Positions 38,524-48,401 of a stretch of DNA of 55,831 bases are shown piece by piece. Source of the DNA: a virus (taxonomy: Duplodnaviria; Caudoviricetes); IMG/VR virus record IMGVR_UViG_3300030419_007944, positions 1-55,831 of that record, one strand, 5' to 3'. The notes under the pieces were generated by a model. That model saw only the letters and a program-made list of their open reading frames with translations. It made no database searches and had not been told where the DNA came from. A program made the translations under genes and the position numbers. Positions within the stretch are counted from its first letter, which is position 1. Each line of letters opens with the position of its first letter.

Positions 38524-40155
38524 TTATACCCTGTTTACGAATTGAGAAAAATATGGTTTAAATTTGTTAAAATTTTCTCCAAATAAATGATGATATCTAA
38601 AAAATATCTTCGCCTCTTCGACGCGCTGCTCAGGATTGAAGTTTTGTTGAGAACGCCCACCCAGCAAGTAGAGGCCTACGGTCTTGTTTACCTTCTTGAA
38701 TCTAGAGCCGGTGTTGACAGCCCTTAGCCACATCTCCCAATCATCTGCGTAGTTGCAGTTCTCTTCATCGAACAAGCCGCAGATTTCGTGAATATCTGCC
38801 CTCCATAGTGGCATTGGGCCAGGAAGGCACTTTACCATATTTTCTTTTGAAAATTGTAGTGTTGAATGTTCAAATAGTGTGCCATCAGATGTATTTTCAT
38901 CAAACGTCTCATTATCAATTTTTGTTTGCAAGACATCTCCATAAACCAAGTCAATCCCAACACTGGTGCTGATTTCTTTATATAATTCTTCTAGACAATC
39001 ATTTTTTCTTCGATCGTCAATAAAGCCAAAAGTCAGATACTCACCAGCAGATTCCTTAATGCCTATATTGATGCAGTCAGTAGGAGGAAGCTTTTCTTCC
39101 AGACGAATGTATTTAATATTATTAAACTTTTTTATATATTTTTCAATAATTTGCTTCTCTTTTCCAGGAGATGCAGCATCGACGAAGATCAATTCACACA
39201 TATCGAAAATAGTCTGACTGGTTATATCTTTCAAAAATCCTTCGAGGTGTTTTTCACCCTGATGAAAAGTGCTTAAAATGCTTATCTCTATACTCTTATT
39301 GGAAGATGGTTGATTGATTAAGCCGACAACTATATCTGCTATCTCCTTCCTCTTCTCAGCAAGATAGTCAATTAACTGCTCGCCTTTCATATGAAACCAA
39401 TCTTCAAAAGAGGCGCCTACAAGATTATTTGTAAGAACTGACATTCCCATCATTCTTGCTTCAACGACAACCCTTGAGAGAGTCTCCGTAGTCTTTGGGA
39501 AAAATATAAATTTTTTATTTGATCCTAGTTTTCTTAAAAAATCTTCATACTTGTCTCCGGAGACCAGATCATACGAAATTCCTTTGATCTCACAATATTT
39601 TATTGCGTCTGCTGTGTTTTTGTGGCCAATAGAAGACTGTAAAATAGAACAAGAATCCTTCTTCTCTAGCTTGCTAAGCTCCCTCAGCAGTTCCAAGGAC
39701 TCCAAAGACCATAGGTTCCCTGAGACGTTGATTATATTTCGTAAGTCTAGATTCTTTTCCATTATCTCTTTATGAAAGGATGATTGGACCAAAATCTTTT
39801 GTGCGTTTTTATAAAAAGAAAAATTTCTTAATTGTGACTGGGGCGCCCTATATTCATCATAATCTGCCGGATTTCTTGTAAATATATATTTGTGATCGTG
39901 TTCATAAATTATATATCTTCCATTCTTTATAAGCCATCTTTTTGCGCCCTGTGATAAATTACAAAAATTTGAAACTATGAAAAAACATTTTTGATTATCA
40001 GATAAAATCTTCTGTGTGATTGCGTGAGATCGCATTTTAGATATTTCAAACCCCGATTTTTCTAAAATCTTTAAGAGTTCGTTATCGTTTAATTCGCCGC
40101 CACCCAACACATCATCAACAAAAAAATCAGATATGTAGAATACTTTTTTACTCAT
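38524..40155 (-). CDS. Two-domain glycosyltransferase (GT-B-like N-terminus, GT2 C-terminus)
   Basis: GGGELND and ETLSRVVVEARMMG in the N-domain; ELIFVDAAS, GEYLTFGFIDD and DDWEMWLR in the C-domain. Confidence 0.8.
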   Translation of the reverse strand: MSKKVFYISDFFVDDVLGGGELNDNELLKILEKSGFEISKMRSHAITQKILSDNQKCFFIVSNFCNLSQGAKRWLIKNGRYIIYEHDHKYIFTRNPADYDEYRAPQSQLRNFSFYKNAQKILVQSSFHKEIMEKNLDLRNIINVSGNLWSLESLELLRELSKLEKKDSCSILQSSIGHKNTADAIKYCEIKGISYDLVSGDKYEDFLRKLGSNKKFIFFPKTTETLSRVVVEARMMGMSVLTNNLVGASFEDWFHMKGEQLIDYLAEKRKEIADIVVGLINQPSSNKSIEISILSTFHQGEKHLEGFLKDITSQTIFDMCELIFVDAASPGKEKQIIEKYIKKFNNIKYIRLEEKLPPTDCINIGIKESAGEYLTFGFIDDRRKNDCLEELYKEISTSVGIDLVYGDVLQTKIDNETFDENTSDGTLFEHSTLQFSKENMVKCLPGPMPLWRADIHEICGLFDEENCNYADDWEMWLRAVNTGSRFKKVNKTVGLYLLGGRSQQNFNPEQRVEEAKIFFRYHHLFGENFNKFKPYFSQFVNRV

Positions 40156-41410
40156 ATTCTTTTACAATATTCTCTATTTCTTCTAGCCAGGTTTCATTCA
40201 TGCTCTCATCAAAAATTGCATCAGTCATAATCTTATTTTGCTTCTCTTCAGCAAAATTTTCAAGTATCCATTTCTGATGTTGAGTGGCGCGCTTTTTGAA
40301 ACGACCATAGTCTTTGTTAATATCAGACATACACATCTTCAAAGATCCCATTTCCGGAAAGGCCCATTTAGATTCTTTCTGTATAATGGTATCCCATACA
40401 GCCGCCTCTTCCACTTGTTGCAAGGTAAAACTAACCTTGGAGAACATGGGCTTAGATTTCTTCTTCCCTTTTACTGTCTTCTGTTGATATAGAAAATCAA
40501 CGTGCCCGCTCCAATCCGGAGCGATCACAGGCAAGCCATAGCATGCCGCTTCAAAAATAGGAAGTCCAAATCCCTCACCATGAGTAGAAGTCACATAAGC
40601 CTTTATTTTTGGATGATTGTATAAGGCAGACATCTCGGCATCTGTTAAAAATCCATGCAATAGGTAAATTTTACACTTATAATCGCCGAATCTCTCCGTT
40701 TCCTGCCTCAATCTTGCCAACGTGTGCATTCTGTCGATCTTTGAGTTTTTAGCCATATTTAGCTTCAAAACCAGCCCGACGTCTTCGTCGTCTTTGAATT
40801 CAGAAATAAAAGCCTCCAATAGTTGAGAGGCGTTCTTTCTTGGACTTAACTGCACAACGGAAAGAAAATTAAAGTTTGTCTTTAAATCTAATTCAATATC
40901 TGCTGGCTCAAAAACTCTGGCTGGGTAATGTACAACTTCAATCGGAATATTTTCTGGTACTCTAAATTCTATATTTTCTCCAGTCTGACTAACAGCTTCA
41001 TAAACCGTGCCGGCATAAGTCTTTTTTGAGTGTTCCGAAATAGTAATTATCTTATCAACTACATTTGATTTTTCGATCCACTGAGGAGAGACTCGATCTG
41101 TCTCAATACCAGCGGTTATCCCAATATTTACAGGCGCAATTCTTTCCCATTCATTTGGTATTGTAACTTGCAAGGATATATCAAATTGTCCGCCGGAGCG
41201 GACATACTCGATAGTTTTCTGTAATTGTTCATCGATCCAACGACGCTCTTCATCATCAGACCAAAGCCAGCTTGTGTTGCCCCAGTTGATCGCCTGAAGA
41301 TGTATATCAAATAAATCTTCGCGAGTGCGAAGGGCACGGAGGACAGTTCGAGTATGGTGGCCGTAACCAGACTGAGTGAGTAACGGGCCCTTCAGCAGTA
41401 CCTTTTTCAT
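40148..41410 (-). CDS. GT4-family glycosyltransferase
   Basis: SGYG, PRKN and HGEGFGLPIFEAA motifs. Confidence 0.88.
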   Translation of the reverse strand: MKKVLLKGPLLTQSGYGHHTRTVLRALRTREDLFDIHLQAINWGNTSWLWSDDEERRWIDEQLQKTIEYVRSGGQFDISLQVTIPNEWERIAPVNIGITAGIETDRVSPQWIEKSNVVDKIITISEHSKKTYAGTVYEAVSQTGENIEFRVPENIPIEVVHYPARVFEPADIELDLKTNFNFLSVVQLSPRKNASQLLEAFISEFKDDEDVGLVLKLNMAKNSKIDRMHTLARLRQETERFGDYKCKIYLLHGFLTDAEMSALYNHPKIKAYVTSTHGEGFGLPIFEAACYGLPVIAPDWSGHVDFLYQQKTVKGKKKSKPMFSKVSFTLQQVEEAAVWDTIIQKESKWAFPEMGSLKMCMSDINKDYGRFKKRATQHQKWILENFAEEKQNKIMTDAIFDESMNETWLEEIENIVKEYE

Positions 41411-41411
41411 T

Positions 41412-42662
41412 TTAAACCTCTAGTAGTTCCCAGGTCTTGTACCCCTTTCGAGTTTCCCAAGATCCCTTTTGTTCATGTATATCTCTCAAGAGATGAGCCC
41501 ATTTGTTGCAGTATGTTTCAAAACTATAATTTTTTACAACGTGCTCACGTCCCTTGAGACCTAGTTCTCTACGCTGTTCTGCAGTGAATTCGTACATCTT
41601 CATAAGAGCATTCAAGAAATCCTCTTTGCCAATACGATCTTCAAAAATGTATGGAATATCCTGGGAGCCGATTATAGTTTTTGAATTTGGCTCAATTCCG
41701 ACTCCAAACCATTCTTCTCCATCAGTCACCTGTTCTTGAAGACCGCCGGTCATGGTTACCACAATCGGGGTTGCGCATGATAAAGACTCAAGTGTGGCCA
41801 ATCCAAATCCTTCTGCGTCAGAAATATTTACCGTAACGTCCACAGCATTGTATATTGCTGCGAGTTGTCTTGGGTCGACTTTGTTGGTAGAAAATCTTAC
41901 TTCTCCGTTTGTCAATCCTAAGTTGCCAATTATTGATGTTAGGTTTGGCCCATTAGGGTCGTGTGGATCTGTATGCATTATCATCTGTGCATTGTCGTGC
42001 CCGACCCTGTCCAAGAATTCTTTAAACCAAAAGATTAATGTACCGGACTGTTTACGGCGCGCATTTCTGTTGTTCCAAAAAATAGTAAATTTCTCATCCA
42101 TATTGAGATTTTTTCTAAGCTCAGGCAGTTCTTCAGTTTCGATAGGCTTAAAAATCTCTGAATCAACAGCATGCGGAAAATAGCACGTATCAACATCAGG
42201 AGCTACATTTTTAACAATGTCGTGTGTAACTTTTGATATACATGCAATATGGTCAGTAGATTCATACCAAATTCTATTAAAATCTGGATAGGGAAGGTTA
42301 TCCCATACATGATAATACACCATAGGCATTAAAGAGCGAATTTCATCTTCGATCTCCCAAAGCCACGGAAAAAAGCGTGGATCTGTCATGAACCACAGTA
42401 TATCTGGTCTCTCAGTGCGAATCAAAGATCTAACTGACTCTTGAGTGCCGTAACCATCGACCGGATAAATCGTTAAATCATCTCCGAATTCTTCGAATCT
42501 TTGTGGCGAATAATCTGTATGTTTCACAGCACCGCCAAAACATATGAAGCTATAATCTCCTGTATTCAGAAGACTCTTTACCATGTATCCAGTCTGTGTA
42601 CCCACTCCAGATGGTGAGAAAGGATGGTCTGCCAAGACAAAAACCTTGATCTTTTTTTTCAT
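41412..42662 (-). CDS. GT4-family glycosyltransferase
   Basis: SGVGTQ, NNRNARRKQ and AEGFGLATLESLSC motifs. Confidence 0.88.
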   Translation of the reverse strand: MKKKIKVFVLADHPFSPSGVGTQTGYMVKSLLNTGDYSFICFGGAVKHTDYSPQRFEEFGDDLTIYPVDGYGTQESVRSLIRTERPDILWFMTDPRFFPWLWEIEDEIRSLMPMVYYHVWDNLPYPDFNRIWYESTDHIACISKVTHDIVKNVAPDVDTCYFPHAVDSEIFKPIETEELPELRKNLNMDEKFTIFWNNRNARRKQSGTLIFWFKEFLDRVGHDNAQMIMHTDPHDPNGPNLTSIIGNLGLTNGEVRFSTNKVDPRQLAAIYNAVDVTVNISDAEGFGLATLESLSCATPIVVTMTGGLQEQVTDGEEWFGVGIEPNSKTIIGSQDIPYIFEDRIGKEDFLNALMKMYEFTAEQRRELGLKGREHVVKNYSFETYCNKWAHLLRDIHEQKGSWETRKGYKTWELLEV

Positions 42663-43444
42663 AGTCTACAATGCTCCGTATTTAAAAACTCACATGGGCC
42701 AAAGCGCCCATGGCAAGAAAGTCTATTTTTAATATACTTCTTATTCTGAATATTATAGATCGCCTTGTCTAATAAGTTAAGAGCATTTTGTGTTTTTTTC
42801 TGACCAGAGGTCACCCTAAATATTTCGACATGATTGCTTTTTGCAGTACGCTTCAGGAGAGCAAAATAAGTTTCAATATCTTTTGGGTCTATGTTATGCT
42901 TTTTAGCAAAAAAATTCTTATAAAAAGTTAATTGATAGGTGATCATTCTATCGGATTTTTTCTTAGAATCCCAGCCCCATGAACATGTTTTCCAATCAAT
43001 GATGTGATACTTCCCATCGTTAGTCTTTAATACTAAATCTATAAATCCTTTATATTTTACATCGTTCTCATCTAAAGCTTCGTAAAGTTGTTCCTCGGCA
43101 GAGACTACTTCAAAATTTTTAAAAAATTTCTTTACAGCAGGCAGCACGTGCTGTATCAAAGATACCCCCTGCTTTCTCATATCTTTGATAAGGTCGCCTT
43201 TAAGCTCCATGCCCGTCTGTTCTAGTTCTTTCAGTTCGTTTAAAAATTGAATATTAAAATACTCTTTTGCATCGAAATCTTTATCAGAAGTTAGAAGATT
43301 CTCGCACACATCATGCATAGCTTTCCCGAAGGCCGTATGCTCGTTTCCTAGAAATTTTTTAATTTCATCAATGTACATCAACTTATGTTTGTATGCACAC
43401 TCATTCCAGATTTTCAACTCTGAAAAAGATATATGTTTCCTCAT
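42659..43444 (-). CDS. Cas4/RecB-like PD-(D/E)XK exonuclease with an Fe-S cysteine set
   Basis: ISFSEL...C, GFIDLV, IIDWKT, QLTFY and C-terminal C...PCEF...C. Confidence 0.85.
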   Translation of the reverse strand: MRKHISFSELKIWNECAYKHKLMYIDEIKKFLGNEHTAFGKAMHDVCENLLTSDKDFDAKEYFNIQFLNELKELEQTGMELKGDLIKDMRKQGVSLIQHVLPAVKKFFKNFEVVSAEEQLYEALDENDVKYKGFIDLVLKTNDGKYHIIDWKTCSWGWDSKKKSDRMITYQLTFYKNFFAKKHNIDPKDIETYFALLKRTAKSNHVEIFRVTSGQKKTQNALNLLDKAIYNIQNKKYIKNRLSCHGRFGPCEFLNTEHCRL

Positions 43445-43776
43445 TTAACCCTCGTCGTGCTTTTCTTCGAACGAGTGCGAGCTTTCTTTGCCACCGGTGC
43501 AGGTGATTTCGATATCAAGGAAAAAGTCCATGTTACGCAGCATCGATTCAGGTATTCGTTATCAACGCTAGCTGTAGGAGTTAGGCACTCTCCTAAAATA
43601 AGATCTTCTGGACATTCAAACTGCTCCTTTAAAATCCTATTGGCTGCTGAGAAGCCGATTCTCACATGATCATTCGACATTCTGTGTCGAAATTCTGCTG
43701 TAATCGTCATCAGTAATTGGTTGTTTTCTCTATCTATGACAAATTCAGTATTCATTATTCTCCAACTCTTGCTCAA
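43441..43776 (-). CDS. Hypothetical protein
   Basis: ORF in the operon with a basic C-terminal tail. Confidence 0.6.
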   Translation of the reverse strand: MSKSWRIMNTEFVIDRENNQLLMTITAEFRHRMSNDHVRIGFSAANRILKEQFECPEDLILGECLTPTASVDNEYLNRCCVTWTFSLISKSPAPVAKKARTRSKKSTTRVK

Positions 43777-44440
43777 ATAAAAAGATTAATTTATTATATA
43801 TATAAGGACATATTTCTCTTAATAAAGAGCTATCTCCTAAATAATATTCTTCGAATCCAGCTGCAAAGTATTCTCTCAATGAAATAGTAGAATAAGGGTT
43901 CAAGAAAATATTCACCGTCATTAATCTTAGAGAATCATAGCCTATTTCTTCGAAAGTAAGATTATCAAATTCTTTGTCGTACTTGGTGTTTAAGAAATCG
44001 ATATTCTCAGTATGGTACCCGTGTTCTTTTAAAATATTTTCTAGTGCTTTCCTTTTTAATAAAAATTCACGCTCAATAGCACCGTCAGCATAAATTGAAT
44101 CACCGTGATTTTTTTCTATTGCATGTGCTATCTCGTGAACAACATCATCTAAAAAGTCTTCCTCGCTATCCTGCACATTAGAAGCATAAATAGCGCCATC
44201 CATATATGCGGCATTGACATTCTTTTCTTTTAAAAAATCAAAATCTCCCACATATACAATCTCAATAAGATTTAAAAAATGATCTGGAATTTTTCGTACA
44301 ACATCATTAAAAACTCTAGAAATATCTATACTATTTGTCAATTCATCCTTTACAACGACATCGATATTTCCAAAATGATATTGCGAAAGAGTTCTATTCC
44401 GCTGTTTCATGTAGTCTATTATCTTGTTCTTGTTTATCAT
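43745..44440 (-). CDS. Zincin-like metallopeptidase domain protein
   Basis: VVHEIAHA (HExxH) and a downstream REYFA. Start taken as ATG 44440. Confidence 0.6.
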   Translation of the reverse strand: MINKNKIIDYMKQRNRTLSQYHFGNIDVVVKDELTNSIDISRVFNDVVRKIPDHFLNLIEIVYVGDFDFLKEKNVNAAYMDGAIYASNVQDSEEDFLDDVVHEIAHAIEKNHGDSIYADGAIEREFLLKRKALENILKEHGYHTENIDFLNTKYDKEFDNLTFEEIGYDSLRLMTVNIFLNPYSTISLREYFAAGFEEYYLGDSSLLREICPYIYNKLIFLFEQELENNEY

Positions 44441-44711
44441 GAGACTCCTCGATGGAACGACCTGTATCGACATCTGTTAGAGCCTGCTGATATCCTCGAA
44501 CCCAGTTCTCTTCAGCAATTGCCAACAAGAATTCTGGAAACTCATCAGCTAAGACTTCTACTATCATTTCCACTGTCACATTATTATCTTCTGGTCTTTT
44601 TCTGTCGCCCACATACTCTATCAAGAGATTTTTTAACGGGCCCTCTTTTCTAACAACTTCTTTAAGATTCTTTTCTAGAAATTCTTTCTCGCTTATATGT
44701 TCCATACTCAA
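44394..44711 (-). CDS. Hypothetical protein (105 aa)
   Basis: ORF in the operon. Confidence 0.7.
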   Translation of the reverse strand: MSMEHISEKEFLEKNLKEVVRKEGPLKNLLIEYVGDRKRPEDNNVTVEMIVEVLADEFPEFLLAIAEENWVRGYQQALTDVDTGRSIEESHDKQEQDNRLHETAE

Positions 44712-44714
44712 CTC

Positions 44715-45542
44715 CTATTCAAAAGGAAGGTTAGGTACTTCGTTGTAAAGTACCATATTAATTTTATTTTCGATCAAAGCAGACCAGTAGCCTTCTTCAA
44801 CAAGGCGAATGCCCATATCTTTTGTGGTTACTAAAATAGAAAACGGCCATGCATGATTTGGTGCATATGGCAGAAATTCTCTTTTTGGATCGGCATAAAA
44901 AGAATATGGTATGGCTTGTCCCGCTTCTGTTTCTGCCATGTGTTTCCAGCTTTCCATAAAATATAAATCCGCTGCAAAGCCGGCTGAATTAGTATCTCCA
45001 TGCGTTGTATCAAACGGAACATCTCCAGGAATATTAGCGTTTCCAAGAGTATAGATTATTTCTAGGCCATCTGGTGCATATTCTTCATATATGCTGACCA
45101 AGGCTGCAGCTTCCATCAGGCACGGACCACACCAGCCGGCACTAGAAACGATTACTAAGGCCTTCACCTTCTCTGATTTATAAAAATCTCCCAACTCAAT
45201 CCACTCATCCTTCCATGGCTCATAAAACGTCATGTTTGGGACAATATGAAATTTATTCAGTGAATAAGGTCCGGGTGGATAGGAGAGAACTTCTTCAAGT
45301 GTCTCTGAGTCTTGCAGGTCGACGGCGATGACAACATCTAAAAAATTTGAATCTGGCTTACTATCTTCAGCGGGCTCTGCGGCGTCAATAGTTGAATCTG
45401 GATTATCAATATCCGAGAAGTTAACATCGGCTTGAATATCTTCCACTACATTGGAATCTCTTAGAGCTACATTTATATCGCACGCTGTCAAGGACAGCAC
45501 GACAGCGCCAAAAAAAGTAGCATAAGTTTTAAAAATTTTCAT
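44715..45542 (-). CDS. Lipoprotein with a thioredoxin-like (TlpA/peroxiredoxin-like) domain
   Basis: Signal peptide ending in the lipobox LTAC, an acidic linker and an AGWCGPC redox motif. Confidence 0.75.
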   Translation of the reverse strand: MKIFKTYATFFGAVVLSLTACDINVALRDSNVVEDIQADVNFSDIDNPDSTIDAAEPAEDSKPDSNFLDVVIAVDLQDSETLEEVLSYPPGPYSLNKFHIVPNMTFYEPWKDEWIELGDFYKSEKVKALVIVSSAGWCGPCLMEAAALVSIYEEYAPDGLEIIYTLGNANIPGDVPFDTTHGDTNSAGFAADLYFMESWKHMAETEAGQAIPYSFYADPKREFLPYAPNHAWPFSILVTTKDMGIRLVEEGYWSALIENKINMVLYNEVPNLPFE

Positions 45543-45554
45543 ATCATTCTCTTG

Positions 45555-46862
45555 TTAAAGTATTTTCGAGGCTAATGTCGCGACTTTTGATCTTTCACCT
45601 TTCACTAAAGTAACGTGGCCGGCTAGTTGATGTGGCTTAAATTTTTCCACAGCATAAGAAAGACCATTCGAGGTAGCATCTAGATATACACTATCTATTT
45701 GCTCGACATCGCCAGTTAAGACTATTTTGGTATTTTCTCCCACTCTTGTTATTATAGTCTTAAGTTCGTGTGTTGTTAAATTTTGTGCTTCATCAATGAT
45801 GATGTAGGCATTAGAAATAGAGCGACCTCGAATATAAGTCAAAGCTTCCAGTTCGATTGTCCTGTCATCAAAAAAATGACTCATATTTTCTCTTTTTCCA
45901 TTTAAAAGAAAATCAAGATTATCCTGAATGGGCATAAGCCATGGTTTCATCTTTTCTTCCATAGTTCCTGGCAGGAAGCCAATATCTTTTCCTAATGGCT
46001 GCACTGGCCGGGAAACTACTAATTTTTTATATATATTTTTTTCTATTACTTGTTCTAAACCAACAGCTAAGGCCAAGAGCGTCTTGCCGCAGCCGGCTTT
46101 TCCTATTAAAGTAACTATAGGCACCGACGGATCTAACAGTAAGTCCAATCCAAACATTTGTTCTTTATTTCTAGGCTTTAAGCTCCAAATACCATTCTTG
46201 TATTCATTAACCTTTCTAAGCCTAGAATCGTAATCTATAAATCTTGCTAATGCTGTTTTTTTATCATTAGCATTTGAAACTAGCATAACCATTTGATTTG
46301 GAAAAATATTTATCTCGTCCTCCTCCAGGAAAACTTCTTCTCCTGCATAAAAATGATCAATGACTTGATCATCTACCAGATGTTTGGTAAAGCCAGTATA
46401 TAATTCACTTGTATCTGAAATTATCTTATTAGGAACATAATCCTCAGTTGGTATGCCAAGAGAATCGCACTTTACCCTCATGTTGATATCGCGTGTAACA
46501 ACAATTACCTTACGACGCGCATGACGATTTTTTTCTGTTATAGCAGTGCCAATAATTTCGTTGTCCGCGCTGTCCAGGCCAAAATCGGGAGGGACAGATT
46601 TTGCATCGTATCCTCTTGCCGATAGCAATCCTAGGCCCTTACCTAGGCGAACACCCTTATGTAAGTTACCTTTACTTCTCAGACCATCAAGGATCCGAAT
46701 AGTTGATCTCGCATTGAGGCCAACACCGTCTTGTCTTTTCTTATGCTTATCTATTTCATCTAATACTTTTAAAGGTATAACAATGTCGTTATTCTTAAAT
46801 TCAAATATAGAATGTGCATTTGTTAAAAAAACGTTGGTATCAAGAACGTAGGTTTTTTTCAT
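45555..46862 (-). CDS. phoH: PIN-domain PhoH-family protein (PhoH2/YlaK-like)
   Basis: YVLDTNV and TRDINMRVK (PIN); GKAGCGKT Walker A, YIRGRS, IIDEAQN and GDVEQID. Confidence 0.92.
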   Translation of the reverse strand: MKKTYVLDTNVFLTNAHSIFEFKNNDIVIPLKVLDEIDKHKKRQDGVGLNARSTIRILDGLRSKGNLHKGVRLGKGLGLLSARGYDAKSVPPDFGLDSADNEIIGTAITEKNRHARRKVIVVTRDINMRVKCDSLGIPTEDYVPNKIISDTSELYTGFTKHLVDDQVIDHFYAGEEVFLEEDEINIFPNQMVMLVSNANDKKTALARFIDYDSRLRKVNEYKNGIWSLKPRNKEQMFGLDLLLDPSVPIVTLIGKAGCGKTLLALAVGLEQVIEKNIYKKLVVSRPVQPLGKDIGFLPGTMEEKMKPWLMPIQDNLDFLLNGKRENMSHFFDDRTIELEALTYIRGRSISNAYIIIDEAQNLTTHELKTIITRVGENTKIVLTGDVEQIDSVYLDATSNGLSYAVEKFKPHQLAGHVTLVKGERSKVATLASKIL

Positions 46863-46880
46863 GTCTTTTGCCTTGTAATG

Positions 46881-46898
46881 TAAATAGTTTTCTATTTA
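46881..46898. promoter_or_regulatory. Inverted repeat TAAATAG-TTTT-CTATTTA between divergent genes; candidate back-to-back phage promoters
   Basis: Perfect 7-bp inverted repeat in the 42-bp gap. CTATTTA reads in the sense direction of each gene. Confidence 0.5.
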
Positions 46899-46904
46899 TA
46901 TTAG

Positions 46905-47759
46905 ATGTTATCAAAATCAAAACATTTTTTTATCTTTGTTTTTCTTTCTATGATGTTTCCCATAGTATCATCTTGTGCAGGAAATATTCAGAGCACTAAG
47001 GCAAAAAAATTTAAGTGGCCTCTTCAGTCATTTGTAAAAATTGAAAATCTAATATACAAAATGAAATGTACGCCAGATGATGTCGAAGATCTAAATTCAG
47101 AATGTTATGCGCCTAGAGGGGGATCCACAGGCTCTGGAGCTGTAGTTGGGAGAACAAAAACAGGATCTTATGTAATAACCGCTGGCCATATATGTGAGCG
47201 CGGCGGAGAAAAAATTGAATCAATAGAATCGATTGTTATTCCGGACAATACCAATAAACAAAAACATATAACAAGAAATTTCTTTTTTGTCTATGACTGG
47301 GATTATTTTAAATATTCTGCGGAGGTTCTCGACATTGATAATGAAGAAGATCTTTGCCTATTACACGTATGGGGCCTCTTTGCAAAGCCCCTCTATTTAA
47401 GCAAAAAGCGTCCTAAAAGAGGAGATAAAGTGTATTCAATGGCTGCTCCTGGTGGAATCTTTCAAAAAAATACCGCGCCATTGTTCGAAGGCTTATTTAG
47501 CGGTATGTATAATCATTACGAATTTGATAAAAAAGCAATGTATACAATGCCAGTACTAGGTGGCATGTCAGGTGCGGCTATAATGAACGAAAAAGGCGCA
47601 TTAGTAGGCGTTATTTCAGCCGGATATATAAGGTTTCATCACATTATGCTAGGCACTAGATACAGCCCAACAATAAGATTTATTCTTCGCAATGTCAAAA
47701 GAGACATGAAAATCAGAGGAAGAGAAGCCAAAGACAGCAAGGCTGTAAGATTTAAGTAA
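46905..47759 (+). CDS. Trypsin-like serine protease, probably exported or a lipoprotein
   Basis: ITAGHIC (His), EDLCLL (Asp) and GGMSGAA (Ser); hydrophobic N-terminus ending VSSC. The only credible plus-strand gene. Confidence 0.85.
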   Translation: MLSKSKHFFIFVFLSMMFPIVSSCAGNIQSTKAKKFKWPLQSFVKIENLIYKMKCTPDDVEDLNSECYAPRGGSTGSGAVVGRTKTGSYVITAGHICERGGEKIESIESIVIPDNTNKQKHITRNFFFVYDWDYFKYSAEVLDIDNEEDLCLLHVWGLFAKPLYLSKKRPKRGDKVYSMAAPGGIFQKNTAPLFEGLFSGMYNHYEFDKKAMYTMPVLGGMSGAAIMNEKGALVGVISAGYIRFHHIMLGTRYSPTIRFILRNVKRDMKIRGREAKDSKAVRFK

Positions 47760-47767
47760 TTTTGGAA

Positions 47768-48304
47768 TTACAATGCTTCATTTAATTTTCTCATAAAATC
47801 GTACATAGCAATACCAGAAGATGTTCCGACATTCATGCTGCGTACTGAGCCGTACTGAGTTATCGATACAACATGATCTGCTAGCGAAAGCATTTCATCT
47901 GTAAGCCCAGTCCCTTCTTCACCAAAGATCATGAGAGGATTATCTGGCCAAACAAAACTCTCTAGAGGAACCGACCCCTCTACATTGTCCAGGCAAACGA
48001 ATGTAAAACTAGATTTAAGAGAAACAAGCCTCCCAGGATCGTTGATGTGAGCAAGATCAACATAATGGTGAGTTCCGACAGCACCGCGCCGGTCATATTT
48101 CTTCTTACCGTAATAAAAAACTTTTTCAGCGTTGAAAGCATTTGCATTCCTTATCATAGTGCCAATATTAAAATCGCCTTGCCAGTGTTCCATAAGAACA
48201 GAAAAAGGATTGCTAGTGGCTCTAAGAGTTTGTTTAATTTCATCTATTGATGAATTTTTAAACTCATCAGTTACATTATATGTCCATGAGCGCCATCTGT
48301 TAAT
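47768..48304 (-). CDS. SpoU/TrmH-family RNA 2'-O-methyltransferase
   Basis: DFNIGTMIRNANAF, IFGEEGTGL and GSVRSMNVG motifs. The frame stays open upstream of ATG 48193 to an ATT at 48304 preceded by AAGGAG. Confidence 0.85.
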   Translation of the reverse strand: MNRWRSWTYNVTDEFKNSSIDEIKQTLRATSNPFSVLMEHWQGDFNIGTMIRNANAFNAEKVFYYGKKKYDRRGAVGTHHYVDLAHINDPGRLVSLKSSFTFVCLDNVEGSVPLESFVWPDNPLMIFGEEGTGLTDEMLSLADHVVSITQYGSVRSMNVGTSSGIAMYDFMRKLNEAL

Positions 48305-48325
48305 GTCTTTCTCCTTATTGGAAAT

Positions 48326-48401
48326 TGGTGCCCCCTGTAGGGTTCGAACCTACGACCTACGGATTAAAAGTCCGGTGCTCTGCCAACTGAGCTAAGGAGG
48401 C
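48326..48401 (-). tRNA. tRNA-Lys (anticodon UUU)
   Basis: GCCTCCTTAGCTCAGTTGGCAGAGCACCGGACTTTTAATCCGTAGGTCGTAGGTTCGAACCCTACAGGGGGCACCA; 76 nt, canonical cloverleaf, encoded CCA. Confidence 0.95.

Noticed and set aside
42659-43444. Cas4-like gene as evidence of a CRISPR-Cas system
   Set aside because: No repeat-spacer array or other cas genes were seen, and solo Cas4-like nucleases are common in phages.
48132-48395. 87-aa plus-strand ORF
   Set aside because: It is antisense to tRNA-Lys and the SpoU gene, so it is spurious.
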